Of a stretch of 64,000 bases of DNA, positions 40,567 through 50,999 are shown in pieces (the stretch's first letter is position 1; the number at the start of each line of letters is the position of its first letter). Position numbers and translations under genes: made by a program. This stretch comes from Utricularia gibba (Eukaryota; Plantae; Magnoliophyta), in NCBI GenBank assembly GCA_002189035.1, contig NEEC01000027.1, forward strand, positions 558,001 through 622,000, written 5' to 3'. The notes under the pieces were generated by a model. The model saw nothing but the letters and a program-made list of their open reading frames with translations, did no database searches and was not told the DNA's origin.

Positions 40567-42245
40567 ATGGGAAACGCTCTGAGATTCTTGTGCGCACCAT
40601 GTTGGTCGTCTTCGCCGGAGCCAGATTCCGGTGGCCTTCCCGGCGTCAATGCTGTTAACGCCTCGGTTTCGGCTCTGGCCCACGATCTGTTCAACTTTGA
40701 GATCACAAAGAAGGTATTCATCCTTCTTCTCCATGCCGTCTAATTTTTAGAATCTGAGTGTGTTAAGTTGATCATATAGTCTCCGCAGCTTCATTTTAGT
40801 CTCCTCCTTTTCGGGTTAGGTTCCTCAAGATCTGAGCAGATATGTTGCGTCATCCAAGAAAGCCCAAGGAAACTGGTAAGTAAACATTAGTCAATATGTA
40901 CAGTAAGCTAAAGCTTCGCTTTTTAGGGGAGTTTGGTTTGCGCTTTTCAAGCTAATGAAGCAAGATGAAATGAAGGTACACGAAACTTTCCATAGCGTGG
41001 CGAGAATCAAAACCGCCTCCTAAAACACCGGAAGAAGCTTCCAGGCTTGTAATTCAGACGTTGAGCAAGCATCGAAAGGCAGATGTCGAGGTACTAAATG
41101 TGTAGTTGAATTGATAGAGCATAGAGAATTGCGTGATGCTCAAAAAATGTGGCAACTTTGCAGGGGTTGTTGTCATATTATGGACTTCCTCTTCCCCAAA
41201 CTATGGTGGAGCTCACCAGTGAGGTTCCTCCATCACAAGGGCTCAAATTCGAATTGCACACTCTTCCTGTGAGAGGGAAATGCATTTGCAGTGTTGTTTA
41301 GATCCTCTGGCTCTGCCCCTGTTGTGTTTTCTAATCGTACTTCGTGTCTGGTAACATGTGAACAGGTGGATGGAAGGGCTGTGGGAGACGGAGACACAAT
41401 AAATGTGTTTGTCAGTACAAGGGATCCTAAGGAATCAGCAGTTGTTCCTTGGGACGTACAAATGGCAGCTGCTGAAAGATCCAATGCTCGTGCTCGAAGG
41501 GATTATGACAGGGCAGATGAGCTTCACAGGCAAATCGTCAACGCAGGATACAGGTCAGGATACAACTTTTAGCGTGTGGCAATGTTTTGTTTTCCGGGGA
41601 ATGGGAGTTGACAAGGTGTGGCCTTGAGCAGGATGATGCAATTTGAAAACGAGGAGATTCTAACAAGAAAATACAGGATCCGGTTAAGGTTGTTCAGAAC
41701 CTGATAGCCACCCTGCACTGCATGTCAGATATATGATGTTTCATTTTGTCCTATTTTTATCTCAAGAACAGGGGGATTGATGCTCCAGAGAACCAAATGC
41801 CTTTTGGGCAGAAAGCTAAAGAAGAGTTGACAAAGATTGTTGAGGGCAAGTGTTTGAGGGTGCTGGTTTTTGATGAAGACCGGTACGGTCGATTAGTTGG
41901 AGATGTATATTCCAATGGCATATTTGTGCAGGTAACAACATGACTGTGGTCTGTATATTCCTGCTGCGAAAGTTGAGGTTTTTTTATTCGTGGGACATAA
42001 CAGGAAGCTATGCTGAAGAAGGGTCTTGCATGGCACTACAAATACTATGACCACAGGCCGGAGCTCGACAAGGCTAGCTTTCTATAACCGTTATCTTGGC
42101 TGCCAACTCCCTCCCGCATTTTATAACTCAGTCTTGGCATTTGCAGTGGGAGAGAGAGGCAAGAGCAAGGAAAGCGGGTCTGTGGGCGGCGGCCAATCCA
42201 GAGATGCCATGGGAATGGAGAAAGAATAAGCGAGAAGGGAGATAA
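40567..42245 (+). CDS. CAN: Staphylococcal-nuclease-like Ca2+-dependent nuclease (CAN1/CAN2 type)
   Basis: MGNALRFLC (myristoylation/palmitoylation-type N-terminus); [13 protein letters not shown]; GDGDTI; RLRGIDAPE; DRYGRLVGD; GLAWHY; [16 protein letters not shown]; TAA 42243-42245. Confidence 0.92.
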
Positions 42246-42529
42246 CCTTAAATACACGATAGATTGGTATTTCAACAGCGAGGGGAAAAAGACATGGTAC
42301 AGAGAACACAGTACATTCCATTTGGCTACCGCTACAATGAGAAAGGAGTGAGAGCTTAGTCACATACCATGGTTTATTGTCTGATGCATTAGGTGCAAAC
42401 CATGGCTTATTTGAAATAAGAATCCCCCCATTTGCACTCCACCAAGTTACATTCACCGTTACGGGGGGCTGAGAGTACATCATCCCGGCAAATATGCAAG
42501 TGCAAAGCACAGTTCTTGGCAAATGCCGC

Positions 42530-43133
42530 CTACTGTTTGCCCTCTTCTTTCTGATCATCGGAATCTGAATCGCTAGCATTGTAGCCTATTTCACCAAGGC
42601 ACCAACAAGAATGGAGAAGATGATCAGGCACTCACACCGTAACTGTATGCCAAAGTTCTGAAACACAGAAATAAAACTCACCAGGATGCTTGTCGCCTAC
42701 TTTCCAAACTGATGATCTGCTCTTTGATGCCCTGCTGACCCATAATCGTCCCTGGAAACAAAAGCAATCATGAAAGACTGATCCCAGTTCAACGCAGTCA
42801 TAAACAACATGATATTTACGCAGAAACCCAGAGGTCTCCCTCGCAATATTAATGACAGACTACAAAGGTTAAACCTTGGAATTTTTTTTTTTTTTTTCCT
42901 GATGACAACTTTGCAGGAAACAAGAGAAAGTACCAGATCAAGAAAACAACCTTGTGAACATCTTTGGCGATTCCATATCCGCTATAATACATCTGGCCTA
43001 CGAGCACCTGCATTGCAGCATCCCCGTTATTGGCCTCCTTGAGTGTATCTTGGAACCACCGCTTGACGCAGTCCGCCACCACTTCCGCCAACGGCATCCT
43101 TTGCCGATTCCGGGAGTTCTCCGCTCCCTCCAT
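42530..43133 (-). CDS. Small Sel1-like-repeat protein (3 exons)
   Basis: MEGAENS..PLAEVVADCVKRWFQDTLKEANNGDAAMQVLVGQMYYSGYG..K / GRLWVSRASKSRSSVWKVGDKHPG / YNASDSDSDDQKEEGKQ* (stop 42530-42532). Confidence 0.82.
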
Positions 43134-43395
43134 TCTCCGAGCGTTGCGCTTCAGGCGGTATGCGGTGCCTCTCGAAACAGATAAATTAGCGAAGGGTTGA
43201 ACTCTCCCGGTTGATGAAGGCTTCAGATTCAACCGTACGGATATGCGCGGGCTCCCACCTGTAAGTGTGTTTATCCAACTCAATTGAGCAGATTGAATTC
43301 CTCTTCCCATCAAACGGAGACGCCGGCTGCCAATGAAACGCCGGTTGGTCGATCGATCGATTGATTTTAGGGCACGACTGAGAAATTGAGCTACC

Positions 43396-43448
43396 CACGT
43401 GCTTTTTCACTCTGGGCCTCCGGCCCCTGGCGGATCCAGTCGGGCCCA
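43396..43448. promoter_or_regulatory. G-box plus two site II motifs upstream of the Sel1-like gene
   Basis: CACGTG 43396-43401, TGGGCC 43413-43418, GGCCCA 43443-43448. Motif match only. Confidence 0.4.
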
Positions 43449-43583
43449 AAAAAATAAACGATTTTTTTATAGTTTTTTTTTTGCAAATAAATGGGGAAAA
43501 AAAACATGATGAAATTGTGCAAGAAAGGCTTGACAGTGTCTGTGAGTGCAGTTTCAGTATGAGGGGAAGGTGATGCTCTGAGC

Positions 43584-44531
43584 CTAGGCGACATTTCTCC
43601 TGTTTCTGATGTCCAGGAAGGAAGCCCTGGTGATCTGGACCGTGAGATGAGGATTTCTGAGTGCAAACCTATCAAATCTGGGGGAGAAAACAACTTCCTC
43701 CATGTTGCTGACGATGTAGTTCAAGGCTGTCTCCTTGAGGGTCTGGTTGGAGCAAGTGTCCGACACTTCCAGCACGTCCAGGGCCGTGGAGGGGCACAGA
43801 GATGCCGCCATTTGCTGCTCGCAGAACTTCTGGAGAAATGGGATTTCGTACTTGTCCGCCGCCATGGATAACGAGTACGCATGTTTTTCTGCTCTCTCTT
43901 TAGGAAGATCCCCGCTGTAGAGAAACTCCAGCAGCGCCTGTAGCTCCTCGTGGGTCAGTTCCGGCAGCCTGATTCTCTCGTTGGGCGGAGCTTTGCACTC
44001 CAGGATGTCCCTGAACACGCTTGATCTTGCTGCCTGCACCAGTAGCAGTAGGTTTCACCAAGGCAACACACAGCAGAAGCCAGCCATTGATATATACACC
44101 TACCAACACGGCTCTGTGTGCAAGGATGGGAGCCTCATCGTTCCCGGGCTGAACTTCAATGTCAGTGTGGAGCTGATCATGAAAGGCAGCAGACAAACCA
44201 GTCAGGTACCTTATCTTCTCCCTCAGCTCATCTTCACCTTCCTTCATCTCCTTCACCCACTTCAAAACGCTTGCAAGCCCCTGCTGGAATTCAGCTTCAG
44301 AAACCACATGATTAAAACCACACCACAGAGAGCATCCACCATTCCTCACCTTGGCAGAATTCAGCTGAAAGAGCAGACTACTGCTGGTGGCAGTTGGGGC
44401 ATCTGGGCAGCTGCTCTTGTCACCGTTCATCAAGGTGATGATCGCTCTGGCTCCCTCGTGACAGGCCCCGCATATGGTGTTCCTTGGGGGCGGAGGATGT
44501 GAGGCATCCCACTGCATATTGAGCAATCCAT
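43584..44531 (-). CDS. BTB/POZ-domain protein (At3g56230-like). Apparent -1 frameshift at 44486-44490.
   Basis: ATG 44531 gives MDCSICSGMPHILRP[P]RNTICGACHEGA with one extra C. Then HTDIEVQPG..ILAHRAVLAARSSVFRDILE, LEFLYSG, ADKYEIPFL, ALRNPHLTVQI; stop at 43584. Confidence 0.9.
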
Positions 44532-45518
44532 ACTCTTTCTCCTCCTCGCTTGGGTTTCAACTTATTCAACTGAACTGAACTGCCTCCATTCTTCACCCGC
44601 CGGGACAAGCTGGCCGTCAGATTCATTCAACTGGAAGGGATTTTGACAAAGCGAGGGAAAGATGTCAAGGAAGGGAAAGGGACTCACCAACAAGGCAATC
44701 AGAAGCAGACCGCCTAACGAGCTTAAAACACGGACCTGATCGCTGCCCCTAAACCGACGCAATCATTTAATAACGCTTTAAACATACTATTAGATTAAGA
44801 ACACAGTTGGATGAAGGGATCGCTATTTCAAACCTTTTTTATTTTTGAAAAAAACACTTCATGAACGTCATACATTTAAAAATACTTTTTATCTTTGAAA
44901 AAGATAAACTACAATATTAATTCTTTTGATTATTTGGTTTTCATGATTTGAATTTTTTTTTAATTCATAATCAATATAAAATATTACTACTAAATTTCTA
45001 ATTTTACATTTTCCAGTCATTTAATCACTCAACATCCTCATTAAATATCTTTATCCCACGTCACGTATGCAAGATTTGATTCTAATATCAAATGCATGAT
45101 TTGTACTTTAGTGATACATATTAATGTTTTAAATATCTAATTTTCATAGTTTTACTTTTTTATTTTTTGGGAAAAATATTTCTTGAACAAGATTATGAAA
45201 ATTTCTATATTTAAATACATCCCTTACTACATTAGAATGTGACCAATGTAGTGTACTCATACTAAGTCATTGAAATTTCATTTGATATTTTAATTGTTTA
45301 TTGAAAAAAAAACCCTCTTATTTGTCGATGTGGTTTCCTTTCATGTAATAAATATCCACGCCTTGCTCAAAAAGGGAAAACGGACAGCTAAAATTGCTAT
45401 ACACGAGGGGTGTGTATCTGCCTCTCTATCATCTCTCTGGGCTCTCTCTGCCTGAGCGGGTGAACCTGCCTGCCACCTCAGAAACAGAGAGCAAGGTGTG
45501 ACTCTCTCATGCATGAGA

Positions 45519-46439
45519 TCAGAACTGAGAGCCTTCGAAAGTCTGGCCGAACTGCCAACCCGCCGGAGCAACATTGTAGCTGGTGACACTCCGGCCATCA
45601 CTTGCAGTTACCTGGAAAGACAGGGACTGGGCGTTGAGGTAGGAGTTGCTCTGCCAGTTCTGGCCCCAGTTCCTTGACAAGGGCTGCCACCCAGTTCTGG
45701 ATCCCTTGACAGAAACCGAATGAACGTCACCTGCCCCAGCCACGTTGGTGACAAGGATCAGGTTGAAGTAGGAGTGGCCATTGATGGTGAACCTGATCCC
45801 CCCTTTCTTCTGGCAGGGTACTCTGTACAGCAACCACGTTTTACCAAAATGCTTTTTTTCAGATAAGGGTGCTGGGCGACTGAACTCACCTTCGAAAAGA
45901 AACTGGTACGATTCCGGCGCGGTATTGGGCGATCTGCAAGTAGGCTGGCTCCGCGAGATCGAAGTGCTGTTGAGGGGGGTTGCACCAGCCGCCGTTGTCG
46001 TTGGGGAGGGAGGGGTTGGGGGGGCAGAAGTTGGTTGCCGTCACGGTGATGGTTCCTGGTAAACACCACCGTGCCTCGCCGGCGCATGTCAGCTGGTAGC
46101 AGGCACCACATGTGAGCCCATTGTTGAACAGCGCCGTGCTTAGAGCCGCCGTGTTGGTGCCATATCCTTGGCTGTACAAGTTGCCGTAGCCGCACGCTCC
46201 ACCTGTTTCCCATCGGCGCATTACACAGGAAAGTCAGTATCCATTTCTCTGTACGGCATCCTGATACAGATTGAATGAAAGGAACATAATAAAATACACT
46301 CACCCATTGTTCCGGCTGCGTCTCCCCCACCGTAGAATGTGGCGTGGGCAGTATCCCATGCTCCATAGTCACCAAGCACATTCGAAACTGAGAAACCCCA
46401 GATCACTAAAACTGCTAAAGAAGCAATAGAAGAAGACAT
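45519..46439 (-). CDS. EXPA: Alpha-expansin (EXPA2/EXPA8-like), 3 exons
   Basis: Signal peptide; [30 protein letters not shown]; TATNFCPP; HFD motif (QQHFDLAEP); C-terminal [10 protein letters not shown]...[12 protein letters not shown]. Confidence 0.97.
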
Positions 46440-47848
46440 CGGGAAGGAATAAATGGCCAACAAAACTCTGATCAGATGAGGTAAGCGGATGCTGAGAAAG
46501 GAAACTTAGTCGTGGTGATCAAATTTGAGGGGAAGAGAGGTGCATTTATACAAATGAAAAGATGACAGTGCTGATACAGATAGTGACATGCTAGTAGGAG
46601 AAACAAGTTTTTGAACCACCCAGACAGGCAGACAAGCCAAGAAAAACAACCACATGCGATTGCTGGGATTGACCCGCCAACCTTCGACCCTACATGCACT
46701 TGCAACTTTAGTAATAATGGAGATTTGGTGTTTTGAAACAACAACAAAAAAAATGAAAATCCGGCACATGATTCTTAAACATTGGTGCTACCGGGAGTTG
46801 CCATTTCGATATCATCACAGCAGCACTTGAAGAATTTCGATAACAGCTTTACATAGAGAAAGGAGAATTGGTCAAAAGCATACCTCCACTTCCATGCTGG
46901 AAAAAGAGAGGCCTATTGGTGGTTGTGGATGAGGAATCCGTTCGCCAGAAAATCCAGGGCGAGCGCTAACTCAAATGCTTGTACTTTTACCTGTGCACTC
47001 GGAGCTTCAACAATTCACTTTGTCTGTAGTTCCCAAAGGGAAAACAGTAAACATCTCCTGTGGCCAGATGGTGAGAAGCTTGAGATGTCATGATGAGACC
47101 ATGGAAACAACGACATTTTTTTGGAATGTAAGAAAGATTATGCGATGAGAATCAATTGAAGATTTTACAAACAAAAAGATAAATCATGGGGAGGTGTGGC
47201 CACATGCCAACTTGCTACATGAAAATTATTAGTGCCTGATCTTCACTTATGCCAGCAGCTTCAGTTCGCCTGCTGCAAGTAATGAAAACCATGGCATGTT
47301 AATGAGAATGATAACGTTGGCCAATTTAAAGCACGAGCAGACGAAAGAAGCTCAAAGTATGCTGTTGATGATCATGTTTGCAACTAGAAGATATATTAGA
47401 AAAAAAAAAAAAAAAGAAAAAGCTTTGCGCATGTATTAGGCGGAGAAGACGAATAAAAGCAAATTCGGCCGCTGCTACCCTACCATGTTAGCGGCACATG
47501 CAAGTCTGCCGGAATCCAAATGGCCCCAGTTTGTCACCATGTGCCCACTTGGCAACCATCGTGTTATATACTGAACTGACGTGCAGACAATACGTATCAG
47601 CAGTAACTGGTTTGTACACTAGTTTTATTCATCAAATATGCGGCACCCTCCACTCACTATTCGTACACACGTTGTTAACATTGAGGAAGCTACAAGCCTG
47701 GGAAGAAAGATTTGCCCCGAGACCTGAAAAGTGTCTGGACAACAGAGGTGAATATAGTGTAGTTAGTTGCAAGATCTTATTTCAACTAAGTCCTCGTAAA
47801 TACGAGAAGCGGCCAACAAGTGATTCAATGTAGTGGCACCGAAGGAAG

Positions 47849-49444
47849 TCAAGGCTTTCTGTTATCAAGCCTTTTCTCCTCTTCTTGTTGTTTCCTTTCT
47901 GCTTCTTCTATTTCCCTTGCATCTTCATCCTCTTCTTCCTTGTCATCACGAGCTTCAAACTCTCTTGCAGCTGCCAAAGCTTTTATAACTGGATCTCGCA
48001 GGTCAGAAATCAGACCATCACCCACCTTATACTCCTCTTCATCTCCTATCAAGAACAGTCGCTGGTCTGGTCCCTTGCCCATCGGAACGTCCACTGCCAA
48101 TAGCTTCATATCATACTGCAGAAAAAAAAAAGAGCATATGTTAACAGCTTAGGAATGAAAAATGAACCTCGTTAGCATAGCTATCGAAAATTAAAATAAG
48201 AGGGGTTTAACATGCCCCTGAAGATGACAAATCGACTAATCACCATTCAGAAGAACAAATCACACTTTAAAAAAAAAAAACCTGGCCTTTCTTCTTCTTG
48301 ACCTCAACGCTGACCAAACCTTTCCTCTCCGGACCTTCCACGGGGAAAATTAAAAAGCATCTTTTACTTCTTAACTTGGGGTAGAAATTCCGTAGACTAA
48401 TGCCTCCACCTGACATCACGTATGCTCTCAAATCAGTCCCTGTAAGTGGTGCACCCATGACTTCAAGAATTCCAGCAGATGTATTTAGCCTTCTCATGGC
48501 CATCCTGTATACTTTATCTGGACTAACTGTGTATCTTGAACGCAGCCACAAGCCCTTGATAAGTGTAAAAAAAAAACTTTATGATTTATAAAGACAGCAC
48601 TCAAGATGCAATATAATTCTCCGATCAAACGCTTTAAGCGGCTTTAATCTCCATGCTTTTTCACTACCCTAAATTATTTGTCCCATCGTGGTAAATCCAC
48701 ACATGCTTATGTACATTATTCAAAAGAAGCAAAACAGTCAACCTGAGAACTGGCCCATAGAAGGAAAACAATTCTCTCACTTTTGGACATCATAAGCATA
48801 AGATCAAACAGCGATCTTTATCTCCAACATCGAGCTTAAATAAATATGCATGTATAATGAACAAGAACAATTAGAAAAGGCTAACTCACAGTAAACGCAA
48901 CAACGGCAGATGAAAGAGCCAGGAACCCATATTTCGCCATTCCCTCAGATAAGCCGACAAAAAGAGTAGCAATACCAAACAAGACCCTCCAAAGCAATAT
49001 GCATACGAAAAACCCACCAGCACCCAGAATGACCAGATAATTCCTCCTCCAAAATGCCTCAAGCTGCAGCCTCACTGCTTCCTTATACCGCATCAACGCA
49101 TTCTTTGTGGCCAATACAGGTTTTCCCAGCAACTTTTCGGCAAAATTCTCAGAACTCATTCGATTCTTGAACGAAAAGTGCCTGAGCCCCGTGATATTTC
49201 TAGGCTGTGATATGTTAGCCAGCGGATCAAATCTCCTAGAGACACCTTGCATATTCACCGACGAGGAAAAACAGGCTCTCTGGGAATTAAAGAACCAGGA
49301 ACACAAATTGGGGCTACGGGCGTTGTGCGTACGTTTGATGATACGGGAAATTGCACTGCCGGTGGAACAACCACCCACTGATGGCTTTGAAGAAAAAAAC
49401 AGAATTTGCATGAGCAAAAACCTCGAGGACGAGGGCTTACCCAT
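47849..49444 (-). CDS. Tim21-like mitochondrial inner-membrane protein (At2g40800/At3g56430-like), 3 exons
   Basis: MGKPSSSRF.. presequence-like N-terminus; RYKEAVRLQLEAFWRRN; GLSEGMAKYGFLALS; PDKVYRMAMRRLNTSAGILEVMGAPLTG; KLLAVDVPM..RLFLIGDEEEY; acidic coiled tail. Family name from recall. Confidence 0.82.
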
Positions 49445-49888
49445 TTCTCGCAAAATCCTTAAAGATTTGACTCCACAGACTAAACAAAGGAGTTCAAATT
49501 CACTGGGATTAGCAGAAAAATCATCAAGTCGCCCAAGAATTTCTATACACCTGCCCCATAACAGAGAATCGAGGGGAGTGAAGCTCCGGCGTGCGGTGGT
49601 CTGCGACACCGCATTCCGATTTTCAAAACCTCGATCAGAAACCTTGGACTCGGAAATCGGAATAGCATTGTAGAAGAGTGGAGTTCGGCCCGGCTCATTA
49701 ACTAACCGGCCAAGCGGCCCCATCCGAATCGGCCCGGCTCGTTTGCACACGCGAGGATCTCGCGCGCGTGTGTGTGCACGCACAACTCGAGCGCATGCCT
49801 TTTGTACTGACGTCTTTCAGACATCGTCTTCGTTGAAAGGGAGTGCATAAATACTGGGACGGCAGCCACTCAGGCAGCCTACCGATCA

Positions 49889-50509
49889 ATGGCGAAGCTT
49901 GGACCCGCCATCTCCACCGTCTGCTGCCTTCTATGCATTGCCCTGGCAGCAGCTGCGAGCCATGGTGAAGTATCCTCCTCAGTGGATCAGCTTCTCAGGC
50001 ACACCTACCGCCAGTCCTCCACCACCGTAACCAAACTTCAAGTCTACATCCAGGCCTACTTTTCCTCCTCGGAGGCGCATAATCAAACTGTCTACCCTGT
50101 CGCCCAGGCCTCCATCACCGCAAACTCGCCCACCAACTACGGGCAGGTGATCGTGATCGACAACTTGGTGACCATCGGCCCAGACCCTGGCTCACAGCTG
50201 GTGGGGCACTACCAGGGGATGAACACCTACTCGGACATGGCTCAAACAGCTACCACCATGAATATGAACATGGTTTTCACGGCTGGCGAGTTTTACGGTG
50301 GCAGCACCCTCAGCGTGGTAGGGAGGCAACCCATCAACGAGGCTGTCAGGGTTCTGAGTATTGCCGGCGGCACCGAGGTTTTCAGATTGGCCAAGGGTGT
50401 TGTTGTGGCCAGCACGCATTCCCTGGATCCAGTGAAGCGCATAGGCACATACTTGTATGATATGTATGTGGTTACTCCAACCGGGACTCAAGGACCAGCC
50501 GAGGCCTAG
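49889..50509 (+). CDS. Dirigent-domain secreted protein, divergent, intronless
   Basis: Signal peptide (MAKLGPAISTVCCLLCIALAAAASHG); KLQVY; NYGQVIVIDNLVTIGPDPGSQLVGHYQG; FTAGEFYGGSTLSVVG; IAGGTEVFRLAKG; NQT sequon. Confidence 0.85.
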   Translation: MAKLGPAISTVCCLLCIALAAAASHGEVSSSVDQLLRHTYRQSSTTVTKLQVYIQAYFSSSEAHNQTVYPVAQASITANSPTNYGQVIVIDNLVTIGPDPGSQLVGHYQGMNTYSDMAQTATTMNMNMVFTAGEFYGGSTLSVVGRQPINEAVRVLSIAGGTEVFRLAKGVVVASTHSLDPVKRIGTYLYDMYVVTPTGTQGPAEA

Positions 50510-50999
50510 CCAGTCTTCATGAAATGAAATCATCCGTTTTTTTGCACTTTCTTCCTCCAACTGCGTTTCCTGATCGCTTGTGCTCTTTTGCGAGGATGTT
50601 GCAATAAATGCCTTATTCAATGTATATCCTCCATGAAACCATGCTTTTCACTGCTCTGTTCATCAAATCTATGCCGACTGAAAATACGCGATAAGTAGAC
50701 GAATAACCAAAACCAGCTACAGAGAGCAGGCAAATGCGTCAGTGCAGAGCTCTCATAAAATCAGCATTTGACGATGGTGAACTCGAAAAAGTGGAAATCC
50801 TGAAACTCTTCACCATATGCCCTCTTTGGTCAGCTGGTGCTGGAGAGGAATATCCAGCTTGCTGAGATAATGAGTATTATGAATACAACATCATATCCCC
50901 ATATCCATTAATGAAACAGGTAGAGCCTCCTTTATAAGACAACATGATCAAATTGTGATTAAGTTGTTTCTTATGAGCTTCACATTGGCTGGTTGAAGA

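Noticed and set aside
6176-44531. Calling AMMECR1, FLD, SDP6, TH2 and BTB pseudogenes
   Set aside because: Each has only one lesion, always in a G/C homopolymer, with fully conserved sequence on both sides. Assembly error is more parsimonious.
44770-45340. AT-rich spacers as MITE/Helitron remnants (also 7780-7860, 20600-20745, 40080-40370)
   Set aside because: I found no terminal inverted repeats, target-site duplications or Helitron termini by eye.
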